64,000 bases of DNA from Bugula neritina (taxonomy: Eukaryota; Animalia; Bryozoa). A program made the translations under genes and the position numbers. This document shows, piece after piece, positions 23,901 to 42,257 of this stretch (the first letter of the stretch is position 1; every line of letters begins with the position of its first letter). Under the pieces are notes generated by a model. It saw only the letters and a list, made by a program, of their open reading frames with translations, did not search any database and was not told the origin of the DNA. The stretch spans positions 30,441,504-30,505,503 of the forward strand of contig OZ037765.1 of NCBI GenBank assembly GCA_964035545.1. The letters are read 5' to 3'.

Positions 23901-26900
23901 ATGCATTTTGCATTTGAACTTGCAGAAGTTTATATAAGTTATAGTGGTGAGTATTCTAGAGTTGGTACAAGGTACTAAATGTACCAAATTTACATCGTCT
24001 ATTCACCAGTGTGCAAGGCCTCAGTCGTATTGGCAATAGTAAAAACAGGCATTTCATTCCATGTTTATTTATTATATTCAAATAAATAGAATGTCAAATT
24101 TTTCAATAGTAAATATGTGTCAGATGGATTACAGATGAATGATAGAAATAATTGTGAGTGCAATGTTCAGTGTTGTGCTTGCCTGGGCAGTACCCCACTG
24201 GCATTTACACATTGCAGTGTCCCATGTCAGGTTTCAAGTCTAACCGCCACGAAGGCTACCAACATAAATAGAGTGACAGGAGTGGTGCATGGCGCCCCAC
24301 ATTTTCCAGCAATGAATTAAGGACCTAGATGCAAATAACAGAACAAATCTGGAGATATGCTTGTTTTGAGAGAAATGTTGACACTAGATATTCCTACCAG
24401 AACGCTGCATACCAAAGTTATTTTGGTGCATGTCAAAAGTGTTTACCAATTTGCTTTAATAACAATACAACACTATATTATATCAGAGTGGTGCTGATCA
24501 AATAGACGTAGAATTGGCTGAGAAGTGGCGATGGTATGTGTCACATGTCATGCAGCATATATATGTCATATCAGAATCTTGATTAATGATAGACGTATAG
24601 TATGCCATTGTTGGAAAAACACACAGCCACAGTGGCTGGGATATAACTATAATTAATAACAAACTGAATTATATGCAGCTAATAAATAGCTGAGTAAGTG
24701 AATGTATAATGAATGGTGATTTAATGGTGGGCCAGCAGACATTCTACTCACCCTGTACGCGGATCCAGCGCCAGAGCTCTAGGCTGGTCCACCCTGTCAT
24801 AATACAGCACCTTCCTATGGCTGCCGTCCTTTAGCTCGCACACCTCTATATGCTGTAAGTCAGCATCCACCCAATACAACTTCTGAGTCACCCAATCAAT
24901 AGCTAGCCCGTCTGGTGTGTGCACCCCTGTTGAACATAACACTCATATACAACAGCTGAATATTCTAGTAACATGAATCATGAGCTCTCTGACAGCGCTT
25001 GCCAGTTGCTTGCATTCTCGCACTTCATCAACATAGCCTCTGCTGACATGTCATTCTTATATTGGCAGCAAGGGTGCATAGCAGAGGGTGATTCAGAAAA
25101 GATGTTGTGCTGATAGAAGCATTAGCCTGTCTTGTGTCTATATAGACTGAGTTTAGTTCCTAAATGTGTATAATTAACCAGAGAAGTGTGAATTAGAAGT
25201 ACTACATATACCAAGTACATTGAGCTGCCCTAAGCCTAGGGCCACACGGTGCGTATTTTCGCATGCGAAAATTGAAATCACAAGTAGCAAAGGTGTCCAC
25301 TGTGCGCGTTGAGAAAACGTTCGCACTTGCGTTGAAAATGCTGAGCGACAAGTGCGAATCGTCTCTGTCATCGTCACCTAATTGGCTGGTAGCTATTCAG
25401 CGAGCCCAATTTCTTTAATTTAGTGCTACATCCCAGCAAATTGCGTTCTATTGAAAGCGAGTGCGATTTAAAAATGAAAGCTTTATTTATCACGCATCAC
25501 TGACGCTACAGTGGACACCTTTGCTACTTGTGATTTCAATTTTCGCATGCGAAAATACGCACAGTGTGGCCCTAGGCTAACTGTTTTACCCGTGCTGTTT
25601 ACACCTACAAGATCATTGTTCCAAATGAGTGCACACAACTTTCCATTTCTGTACACTGCTGCTGCTAGGCTCTCTTTAGAGTAACTCAATTTCCATAAAG
25701 TCAATACTTAGTTCACTTCAAAACTACATGAAACGCTGCCGCAATAAATAGTAATTTGAATGCAGAGTACCATCATACCATTAGAAACTATCTTCACTGG
25801 ATCATCAAGATTTGGAGACGTTGCACAAAATATCCCCTCGTAATGCTCGGTCCAGCAAAATGTTGTCCTGTCTTTTCCTTTTTTGTCCTTCTCGTACAGA
25901 AAGTCGACAGCAGCTGCCTCTGAGAGACCCGCCAGAAGTACAGTACTGTTACTGTTGACCAGAGAGGAGTCTGTCAACTGTATGTCTTTCCGATTGGAAA
26001 ATAGAAGCTTGGGGGAACCTAAACAGCACCAAATTGAGTTGAATGAAAATATAAACAAAAACATATCCTTGGTGACTAAAAGGACAGAAATATCACCATA
26101 GAGTGAAATAGATGACCCCCACACTCTGCTCATAATTATGCTAATTAAACTGCTAGAAGTAATTAGCCTACAGTTGACTTGGATGCTAGCCTATCAGCCT
26201 AACTCATAGTTTCCCTGAGCACACCCTAAATAGACAACTTCAGTCCGGGCATATCATTTCAATTTTTTCAGTAATTATTTAACTGCAATATTCATAAAAG
26301 TAGACAGTTATATGCAAAAACATTCCAAAAACATTGCAATTAGCATAAAAAGATGCCAACAAAAGTATAGGCCTATATTTAAAATTATAATTTATGGTGA
26401 CAGATTTAATCAACGCTTAACAGAGATACAATTACAACTCTTCAGCTTTTACTAAAGTGAAGTCTGATTAAGCAGCTCTCTATTAACACCAGACTTGAAG
26501 AGTTAAATTCAATTCAAAGCGAAAAAAAATTTCTGGTATAAATATTCTGGACTGTTGTACCTAGGTTCGGCTAACTTCTACAATTTCCTTTACTGCAACT
26601 CGAAATTGAAGCTTGATACATTTGTAGCAACTAGACATACTAGAATTGCCCACAATTAATCATGAATCTAAATTAGCTGAGATTTCTTATCTTGATTAAA
26701 AATGTTATTTTCAATAAAATATATTAAAATCTTACAAAAAAAATAATATCTATCAATGAATATCTTTAAAATTCTAATGAAAACAAATAAATTACAGTGT
26801 TGTAGTCAACAAATTATTTAATTTTAAAACCCCAAGTTGAAAAATTCAATAGGGCGTGAAAAAATTAATCACTGAGCCCACCGCTTTATTTTTTATTAAT

Positions 26901-27565
26901 GAAATGGAAAAAATATCCCATATTTAAAAGTTGCCAGCAAAACTAGGCATAATAAAAGTTGGAATTATTCCTCACTTAATCTAACAAGTTTTGGTAGCAA
27001 ATAATGTATTTGTAACTTTTAAAACTGCCATTGTCTAGAGTCTAGACTCTAGAGCTAAATTACAAAGTAAGATATGAAAAAGCTAGACTTATTGGACAGG
27101 TTGGCAATTTACAAAATGAAGTAGGTGCAGTAACGGAGAAATTGAGAAAAGCCCGTGTTCTAGATTAGAAATGTAACAAAAGAAGTTATGTTCTTATAAG
27201 AATTTCAACCAGCGCCCCAAACCGAAATTCAATAATAAAATTAAAGAACTTAGGCTATCTCAATTTCTCCACTACTGCTCCTAAATGTGTTTACTTGCTG
27301 AAGAATGAAGTAAATTAATCAAAACATTTTACAGTTTGCCTAAACAAGATGATTCTCTTATCGATTCAAAATTTAGATAAAATAACTTTAGCTTTCATTT
27401 TAGCAACGACAAGCGGTTTAAGTAGGGTACGTCAATACACCATCACCTACAGTAGTGAAAGATATGCTTACCTAGGCAGAAGGATGGAAATATCAATGCT
27501 AAATATCCATAGCTAAGTAAATATATAAAAATATATATCATCCTAGGGCATCCCAGTTCTTTCAT
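2976..27565 (-). CDS. LRP6: Low-density lipoprotein receptor-related protein 5/6 (arrow), Wnt co-receptor; 19 coding exons, 1637 aa
   Basis: Exons in transcript order: 27472-27565 (signal peptide [32 protein letters not shown]), 25779-26018, 24752-24926, 17898-18101, 15821-16011, 14990-15124, 14484-14681, 13995-14190, 11794-12044, 10890-11036, 10629-10786, 10178-10309, 8141-8367, 7374-7564, 6459-6659, 6021-6149, 5439-5665, 4906-5099, 2976-4599. All introns are GT-AG, phases match, total 4914 nt. Encodes four YWTD propeller+EGF units, three LDLa repeats, a TM helix, the [15 protein letters not shown] cluster and five PPP(S/T)P-type motifs. Co-orthologue of vertebrate LRP5 and LRP6. Confidence 0.96.
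6955..7212. repeat. Compound (GA)n/(GGGA)n polypurine microsatellite
   Basis: About 260 bp of pure G/A in an LRP intron; it generates the spurious RE/SL ORFs. Confidence 0.95.
7572..7982. repeat. Degenerate 12-bp minisatellite (TACAGTATATTA), interrupted by a SINE
   Basis: Units visible at 7572-7688 and about 7900-7982, on either side of the SINE; the array abuts the acceptor of LRP exon 7374-7564. Confidence 0.85.
7689..7902 (+). mobile_element. tRNA-Thr(AGT)-derived SINE, copy 1
   Basis: Head has A box TGGTCTAGGGG, anticodon-like loop TTAGTAA and B box GGTTCAATCCC. The body aligns by eye over its full length with copies at 12116-12333 and 60657-60881. Confidence 0.85.
12116..12333 (-). 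mobile_element. tRNA-Thr(AGT)-derived SINE, copy 2
   Basis: Reverse-complement copy with B box GGTTCGAACCC and loop CTAGTAA. Flanked by a probable TSD, TGCTAGAATGTTAAA (12101-12115) / TGCTAGAACTTTAAA (12334-12348). Confidence 0.85.
16277..16810. repeat. 16-bp minisatellite (TATATTATACAGAGTA), about 33 copies
   Basis: Directly visible, highly homogeneous tandem array in an LRP intron. Confidence 0.95.
17109..17873. repeat. 22-bp minisatellite (GWGAGAGTAATACTAAGAYAGT), about 35 copies
   Basis: Tandem array ending about 24 bp from the donor of LRP exon 17898-18101. Confidence 0.95.
18095..18371. repeat. 22-bp minisatellite (ATGTACCTACAGCATACAATAT), left part
   Basis: About 12 copies starting at the LRP exon-4 acceptor; the array resumes after the hAT insertion. 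Confidence 0.9.
18372..21418 (+). mobile_element. Full-length, apparently autonomous hAT DNA transposon (3047 bp)
   Basis: 12-bp TIRs CAGGGTTGGGGT / ACCCCAACCCTG; perfect 8-bp TSD ACCTACAC (18364-18371 and 21419-21426); subterminal GTAATT arrays; intact transposase gene. Confidence 0.96.
19093..21115 (+). CDS. hAT transposase with BED zinc finger (ZBED-like); 2 exons, 592 aa
   Basis: Exon 19093-19233 (MTQVWDHF...CKHC...SNFVTHLK) splices GT-AG to 19478-21115 (RKH...). Motifs [38 protein letters not shown] and the hAT C-terminal domain are present; no internal stops. Confidence 0.93.
21419..21570. repeat. 22-bp minisatellite, right part
   Basis: Same ACCTACA(C/G)CATACAATATATGT unit as 18095-18371. 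Confidence 0.85.
21921..24003. mobile_element. Non-coding foldback / long-TIR element: ~800-bp inverted arms with a ~410-bp spacer
   Basis: 21921-22718 is the reverse complement of 23206-24003 (about 7 mismatches by eye). A further 21-bp match pairs 22718-22738 with 23149-23169. No transposase; superfamily not determined. Confidence 0.8.
25234..25577. mobile_element. PIF/Harbinger (Tourist-like) MITE, 344 bp
   Basis: 70-bp TIRs (GCCTAGGGCCACAC...; 25234-25303 vs 25508-25577, 1 mismatch) and a TAA TSD at 25231-25233 and 25578-25580. Confidence 0.88.
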
Positions 27566-29589
27566 AATTCTCAGGTCATCCTAATAGATGGATTCCCTCT
27601 TATTTAAGTGCTGAGACTGATTATCCAGGCAGAGGGCTGCTGGGTTTGTCATTGTGGTGGTAAGTCATGACTTTTCATAATCCATACGAGTTAAATTGAA
27701 AATCATTCAGTTCAAATGTTGTTCAAATGCAGTTTGAGGACCCTTGAGCCCCAAAAGTAAATTCCAGTCCAATACTTGTGAATAAATCTACCACTCCGGC
27801 CACTAGAATCTGTATTCTATTCCTGGCAAATAAAACAGAATGTGTGTAGAATGTTATTACAGTTCAATCAGCTAGATACTAGTAAGAAAGAATCCTGAAT
27901 TTTGTTATAGAGTAAAAAGTTTCAAACTTTCAAACTCACTCAACAAAACTAGTGAATGGAAAATTTTAAATTAAAACACTTGACTACATCATCTAAAACT
28001 GAATGTAGGGATTTACTCCATTCTTACTGAACATTGAGAAGCATTGCTGCAAATGCTACTGATTTTAACTTCGAAACCACTCCTATAATAGACACTAACG
28101 ATTTCTAATAGTACCACTAGTTTAATACTTCTACTGATTATAAGTCTTGTGGATATTTTGACATGAACAAACCAGCATCAAATGTTAACTTAAAAAAACT
28201 TATTAGGAATGCTTCTGTTGGCATTGACTTTACTTTTCAGCAGCTGAGTGTAGAAATACTACACAGCATATTCCAATAGAAAAACCAGTGGTACGCCTAC
28301 CAGGATTTGTGAATCAGTTATGAATATCAATATATAACTTATATATGACTTGTAAAAATAAATTTCACTACTGTGACTACATTTTGTCTGAGTAACTAAC
28401 ATAGACTAGATCATGTTTACATGACTCATGAGTAGATGTGATTGTATTCACGACCAAAATGTTATTTGTAATGAAATCAAATTATACCAATAAAGTTAAT
28501 TGAAAAAAATTTACAGAGTGGTAAATGATAATATGTATATAAATATAAAACACTAAAACAATTATGTAATTCATTTGAGCAGCTGCAAGCAAAAAGACAA
28601 TGTAAAATAAATGATTTTATAGAATCCAAAAATTTCTTTAGTTTTTATTATGTATAACCACCTTCTCTAAAATTAATCCTAAAAGTTTGCTATGATAGCT
28701 CAATATTTTGACTTCCTATAATGAAAAAAGAATTAGAAATAAAATGAATTTAAACTGAGAACAGTTATTTCTAATACAACAGTTACTCGTACTCTCAGTC
28801 TGACTGAATCGGCCTTACTGCTACAGCTGTTATGCTAACAGTAAGACAAAGGCTAATAGTGATTGCCACTCATAAAGCAACCTTACGAAAATAAACTTAA
28901 TTTTGCTTTATTACTGGAATAATTAATTATAATTTTGACCATAAATCTAACATTTGAACACACTTGCCAAAGGTTAAAGCAACTTTCTAATTCTAATTTA
29001 ATCTCTGATCAAAGACTTTTACCTCAATTCCATGTCTCACGGCTAACCTATAAATTATGCTGTACATATCAAGGAAAGTATGATGATGATGTCATAAACT
29101 TAAAGCCAAGTTAACTAAGATTCTAACAGCAATCCTAATTCATGCACTGATAATACATTACACATTAATGATCAAGCATAATAACTTACAGGTAGTATGT
29201 CTGTTTGTCCAATATTATTACTGATTCTAACTTACCTTAAACATAAAGGTATTTATTATAATTATAGATCATTTATTGTTTTGGCTTAGTTTAGCATTGC
29301 AAAGTGAAATACATACGTTTTTTATTTACTATGGATTGACTTGCACACTAACTTAAAACTTGAGTTAGTGTCATTTGTCACTACATACTAGCTAAAACTC
29401 CAGTAACCAGTTACTATAATTGACTTAAAACTTAAATTACTGTCAATGATACTTGATGTCAGTAAGACTAACCATAAATCAAAATTCAAGTTTCACTTTA
29501 AATTCATATCCAGAAATAGTTTTTCTATGGTCACGTGTGACAGTGAAACTGAATGTGATGTGACATCTATTTAAATTTCTAAAATAGGT

Positions 29590-30300
29590 AAGTAATATTA
29601 ATACTAATAGTAACACTAACAGTAATAGTATAACTATAAATATAATCTGTATAAACTAAGTATAAGGATAAGTATTAGTATGAAGTTAAAACTTATACGT
29701 CCTAAATTGAACTCATAACTATAAATATAAGCATAAAGTTAAACATTATGATTATAAGGATGAGTTTAAGTATAACTATAAGTATAACAGATTCAGATTG
29801 AAACCAATAACTATAACTATAACTGATAACTAAGACTCCCGTCTATCAGTACCAGACTCAGCATCACACTATCAGTATGAGTATCATTATAATAATAATA
29901 TTGATACCCATTATGATTATTACTATTACTATTAGTATAATTGTCAATATTAATATAATATTAATAATATTAATAATGATTATATTATTAAATTAAATTA
30001 TTTTTAAAACTATGAGTATGGGTATAAGACTAAAAGTAAGTATAAATATAGTGTTTACTATAACTTGAGTACAAGTAAAAGTAAAACTAAAACTAATTCT
30101 AAAAGTAAAACTAAAACTAATTCTAAAAGTAAAAGTCTAAAAGTAAAACTAAAAGTAAATTAAAATGAAAATACTAAAATAGTAATAGTAATACTAATAC
30201 TAATACTAATAGTAATAGTAATAATAAACTACAATCACAATATTAATGGGTATTGGGTACTGCAAACATTTTAATCATATAACTAACTAATTATCACTCC
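29590..30300. repeat. Degenerate 3/6-periodic low-complexity tract 5' of the LRP5/6 CDS
   Basis: Mixed ACTAAT/AGTAAT/AGTATA/ACTATA/AGTATG/ACTAAA/AGTAAA hexamers. Confidence 0.75.
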
Positions 30301-30994
30301 TATTAAAACTGTCTAGCTTACTAATTTTGAGACTTTACCGTTGTATACTGTTATTCTTTAATGAAGTTAAAGTAAAACTGTGCGATTGCTAACACAGAGC
30401 GACCTTGTAAACAGAAAAATTACGAGCATTATGAATATATATTAAAAATGACAAAAGTTGACCAGCTGAAAAAGTAGAAAATCTTTCAGATTGTTACACA
30501 CGTACACTTCACCCTCAGTGGATAAAAACTTCCGCAACAACAAAACGCTAGTTGCCACAACTCCAATGTTAATTCATTACAAGTTTACTATTTAGAAAAT
30601 AATTATGATGATGGACTGGTTACATCATCTTGCAGCTGCAGACCTCCTGCAATTTTTTCTCATTCAACAATAATTGCCTTGCATACACTTTAGACTTATA
30701 TCTCTTGTATGCACCATTACATTAAAAGTTTAACCAAATGTGCTTGAACTTATCACCATGCACATTTGAGTATATTTTCAAGCAAACGGCACAAATAAAT
30801 AAATTGATGATGTTGATACTATATTTCAGTTGCAAAAACATAAAAAAATACAGTTTTAAAAATGAAAATCAAATAATGAAAAATCACAACACTCATCGTG
30901 GCAATTATCATCACTCATAGTATGTTTAATATACTGCATGCTGAATCTGGAATATAGAATAACTATGAATTGTCTTAGTCATATACGATGACTT

Positions 30995-33965
30995 CTAGAG
31001 AATTGGGTCAGCGAAGGCACAGTTCTCTTCAATAGCAAGGTTGTAGGTTGACCCAGAACCGCCCTTGTATGCACTGGTCACTATACGGAAGAACCCATCT
31101 TCTCCCTGTAAGAAAGACAACTCCAATTTTATGAAGTCCCTAATCAAACTGGAGAGATAATGCCTTAGTTGACACCTCAATGAGTTTTGTAAATGATGAT
31201 ATTTTAAACTTTTATTATTATTGCAATTCCATTGATGTCTACAAAACAGTTTGCATTTAGGAACTTTTAGTGATGCTACTTTTGAAAAATAATATTAAAT
31301 TTGCAGCAACGAATTTAAATTGAATTGGTTGTTGGTATCATGCAGCTTCCTTAAAATATTTACAACATAATAAGACTAGCTCACCCATGGTCTACCCCAG
31401 GAGTTACGACCGATCCAATACTCCACTGATTCACCATTCAGAGTGCCATGACCCCAGCCAAGGACGGAAACAATGTGATTAATCTACAGTCCAGAAGTTG
31501 ATAAATTATTGAAAAATTCGTTTTGCATTTACAGCCTCTAGAAGCAGACGCACGCTTACTTGTACATGTCTGTTAAATTCATCAAATATTTACCACACAA
31601 ATTGCATCTAAAAATTACACTGTCAACGTATCACTAGTTCCTTGATGGGTGTTTTAACAAAACTATAATTGCTTTCTATATGAGCTCTGAATATGGCTTC
31701 AGGCTTTGCCCAACACCATTGAAATATATGAACATCCTTCTAGTAAACTTTTCATTTTATAATTGTTTGCCTACATGAAGAATTTTTACCAGAACGTATT
31801 TTGAAAATAAATTGAAGTATTCCAGCATTTGAGTGCTAGTACTAAAAACCCGAATATTCAGATGAGCCAATTTCACCTGAAAAGAGCACCCTGCACTTCT
31901 TGTGAGTTGTGAGAGATATTTATTTTTACACAAGTCTGAAAAGCTAGTGCTGGTACTACAAATTATATTATTATGTGGACATAAGTTGAAGAATGAACAG
32001 TTGAAAAGGCTTACTTGGGGGTCTTCATTATACTCTTGGTAGATCCCTCCGAGATAAAAATCCAACTTAGTTGTAGCAGAGATACCACAGCTGAAACAAA
32101 AATTTGCATTGAAATCAAAAATAATTTCTGTAAAAACTGAATAAACTTAAAATTTAGCAGCTGATGTTAAATTTCAAAGAACTTTCACAAAAACGTATAC
32201 CCTCACCTGATTGGTCCATTTGCATAAATCTCGGCCATCATTTTCTCTCTTCCAGCAACATTGCCATAGTCACCAACTTTAAACCTTGTGTAATTCTTTA
32301 CAGGACCACAAGTGGATGTGTCAAATGATCTACACGTTCCGCATTGATTGAAGGACACACAGTCTAAAATGAGAGCCATCAACACAATCGTGTACTTGTA
32401 TAAAGGAAGCATTGTTTACAGCAATAACACACTGTATCATGTACCTCAAATCATACCCAAACTGCAATTCACTAAACTGAAATTTTATTTTAACAACTAA
32501 TTTTTATCTAGCACATGGTGGTGGTAGTACCTACTACCTATTGGGGCTATCACTTAGCGATGTTAGTATCTAGTGGCGCTAGTATCTAGTGCCACTGCCT
32601 CCGAAAATAGAAAAAAAATGCACAATAGAATGAAAAATTAGATTTCTTGAAGTCGAATCTACTAGCAGTCAATTATTAGACTTGAAAATGTATTGTAGTT
32701 ATACATTCTGAGTTATCGTATATGCTTATGCTAAAACAGTTAGATAGATATTTACCTTGATCTTTAGCTTGATAGTTGTTGCATGTTTCATCAGGTATAC
32801 CAGTTGTGTGTGCATATCTATATACAGGCATTTGATTCCCTCCTGTACACTTCCCTGCCTACATCACATGCCATTATAATATATGACTGTATAACATATG
32901 GCTGTACAACATATGATTAATAAATAGCAGATGTGATTTTGTTAATATATGCATTATGTATACGATTGTGCAACATAGTGTACACATCTTTCTTAAGCTG
33001 CTTTGGTTGACAAATATTGTAGCTGCCTCAGTTATTAGTTTTGAAAAATTTTAAATTAGGAAAAAAGCATAGCAACTTATTTAAAAAATTAAAAATCTGT
33101 AAAACTAAGATACAGCTTTATTTCAACAATCGGATAAGTCTAGAAAAAAAGAGCCAGAATTGACTTACGTTTCCACAGTCAATAAGGTTCTGTACTGAGA
33201 GGTAAGTCCCTGGCCATGCATTCTTTCTCTTGATATTGAATCTGTCAGCTAAGGCACTGGTAGTACCCATTGCCCAACATGAACCACAATCTAAAAAAAA
33301 TAAACCAATAATTGTCGTCTCAAAATAAATACAGCTCAATATTATATATTTCTAAATAACAGGATATTAGTAAAAAAAATCTATAAAAACAGTTTGCTCC
33401 ATCGATTTTGCAACTACTTTAAACATGATCGAACACACTGCTCGCCAGGTAGTATTTTCTACACATAATCCATACAAAACGTGGTTAAGGCATTTTAATA
33501 TGTATAGTACATAATATGTATACTACAGAAAGCAATAAACTAATGGCACTGTCTCCAGCAAGGATTGCTTTACCTAAATTATAACCAAAGCAGTAAAATG
33601 AGCTCAAGAAACCTACACTGTGGTATATGCTGATTTCTAGTAGGACTACAGTAGTTCACGCCACTAATATTTCTCCAGTCGTGAGATTGTGGCAAATCAG
33701 ACACACTCATATACTCATGAGGCCTCGGGTAGGTTCTAAATAAAATGCATACAACTATAAGCCGATTATAAAAATATACAATAGAAATATTTTGTCCATA
33801 TTGCCCAATATTTAGAAAAGTGTACTTATATGTTACTAACCTTACACCCTTGGCTTTCAAATCTTCCTCAGGGTTGCTATAACACTGTGGCTTGTTATAC
33901 ATAGACCCGTGAACAAGACATATTAGGGCTAGCAAGGCTATTACACTAGCAAGTTTAAACATCAT
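30995..33965 (-). CDS. CTSZ: Cathepsin Z (X); 8 coding exons, 303 aa
   Basis: Exons 33841-33965, 33617-33735, 33169-33290, 32756-32858, 32207-32363, 32015-32090, 31385-31483, 30995-31105 (912 nt). Signal peptide, short propeptide TYPRPHEY, diagnostic RNQHIPQYCGSCW, catalytic His (INHIVS) and Asn (RNSWG). Confidence 0.97.
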
Positions 33966-34689
33966 TGTCTAAAATAGATGAAAAGCCTTAGGAACTTAAC
34001 AATAAATAACAAAAGAAAGTGGGAGATTAGTAGGAGAGCGTGAGAAAATTCTAAAACAGCTTCTCACAAATAATTTTTTTTTATTAGTTGTGAAGATGAT
34101 AATTATGCAATTTAGGACTTTGTTATAATGGTATGCGTGATGATGTGTGACAAGATGGTGCTGACTTGTAATGTATTATATATTGATCTATTTGGTACAA
34201 CTACTATGAATATAAAATGATAGCACTTTGGAATCTAACAACTAACTGACTGTTTAGCAATAACTACACAAGCATTATATATAGATGCTGACAATGACAA
34301 TAATAAGGAAATGCATGATTCACATAAAAGTCACATATCTACTAATTATAGTTGATAAGATGTGAACTCTATGTGACATTATAATATACTTTAAAATAGG
34401 TAATGAGTATGTAGCATAGAAAAGTTTTACAATCAGCAGCATAATATATTTTTATCAGATATTCCAACAACTGTACTGGTCAAAAATGGTATTTGGTTTT
34501 GGTGTAATGATTCTGAAAACAGATACTGCTAATCAGTAATATTACAATAAATACACCTATAAAATTGCCCAGCTACATACAAGTGAACTCCAGTAAATGA
34601 ATTATAAGTATATTATAAATAACTTGTGTAATAGATAAAAATGCATTTTATAACCCAAAGCCTCATTGCCAAATTAGGCACATTATTTT

Positions 34690-36070
34690 TATCAGTGAGT
34701 ATGACTGAGTTAATGAGCATTAGTATGAGTATATTAATGAGTATTTCTACAATTAAATAAATATGCTTATGATCATCATCATAATGAAACTATTAGCCTT
34801 AAAACAATGGAATAGAATGGATAGAAGTGAGAACCAGTATCATCACTTTTGCTATAGCAACTAACAAGTATAATTGAAACTTTCATTTTGGTAAAACAAA
34901 TCCAAATAATTATAACTATATGTTATAAGACTTATAATTAACGGCATTAATATTAGAATATTGTTATTAGTATTAGTTTTACTATTAGTGTATTACTATT
35001 AGTATTATCCTACCATCACTATCAAAATTACTATGACTCTTGTTGTAGTGACACATTGTTGTTTATGCGTGTTTATGATATTCTATATTGCGTCTATATA
35101 GTAGAGCTTAACAATAACATGTATAGTAATATAGCTATAAAGTATTATAACTATAATCAGCCTAGAATGTAGATAATTCCAAGACGCGAATCATTAAGAA
35201 CTTGACAAGCTGGTGAGTAACAGATACTTAATATAAAACTCAACAACTCTGCTATAACTGAGACACTATGATTATCAGTATCAGCATGAGTATAAGTATG
35301 ACAAAATCAGTATGACTATAATACTACTATGAGCATCAGTATCAGTCAAGAATCAGTGACTATTAGCATTTCTTTGACTAGAAAACAAAATCTAAAAATT
35401 TGAGGATAATATTATTACAATTAATATCCATATTCATATGGTCATTAATATTGGCTATAAGTATAACTATAAGTAGTCGCAGAAGTATGACTATGAGTAT
35501 GAGTATTACTAATACTAATACAATAGTAATACTAATAGTATTACTGTTAGTGTTACAGTAATACTACTAGTATTAACTGTAAATGCATTATTCTAATAGT
35601 TATTGTAATAGTAATAATATTAATTGAATTATACTTATACTTATAGTAATAGTTATACCAATACTTAGATTTAGTCTTACACTTAACCGTTACGGTTATC
35701 ACTTATTAATGACTTATGACAAACAGACACAGACTAACAGTAACAGTAACTCTAAGTATTTCAAGTTTATAATGCTAATGAACATAAAATATAATAAAAT
35801 AATGTGTAGCTAGTACTACTAACAGGAACTATTGACATTGTTATAAATATAATTAAATATTAAAATTAAAAGTAAACCTAGGGCTAGTCGTCAGTCGGGC
35901 AGTAGTCCGAGTACTAGTCCTAGTCTTACGGCTAAGCTTAAGGCTTAACTCTAATACTAATACTAATAGTAATAGCCTGAATATTGTTAGTCATTTCTCA
36001 TTAAGTATGATCAATGAATTTGATGAACAAGACATTACTATTGTCTATTAGACATAGTATAACTATAAGT
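34690..36070. repeat. Degenerate 3/6-periodic tract between the divergent CTSZ and VPS4 genes
   Basis: AGTATG/ACTATG/ACTAAT/AGTAAT/ACTTAT/AGTATC hexamers, densest at 35260-35990. Confidence 0.7.
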
Positions 36071-36553
36071 GAAAACATTCAATTCCAAAGGCATGGGCGT
36101 GATGTCAACTATTCCTTGTCATGATGAGTCATGTGACGCATTAGTAGAACCACATGACCCTGTGTTGCAATTTAATGCCAGGTTTTGATAACTCCTACAC
36201 AGTATGAAAGTAAAATATTATGCGCGTATCGACTTAACTAATAACATTATAATTTTCTCAAAGTAACTTTGTAGCATTTATATTTGTTTGAAATAATTGA
36301 AAATATTACTCAACAATGTTAAATATTTTCTAAATTAAAACAAATAAATTGAAGTGCAAACTCAAAATAAAGAGAACTTACTGATTTTGATATTGTAATA
36401 TTATGTACTATTGAGGCTTTGAGGTTAATTGTAGGTTCCGGTAATGAATAGCTTTTGATTCAGCTTCAGGAAACTATAAAATATTTTGGAGTAGACCAGA
36501 CTCATAATCAGAGATTAACTACTTTCCAGAGTTGATAATTTATCTTTGCTACA

Positions 36554-42257
<5,704 letters not shown>

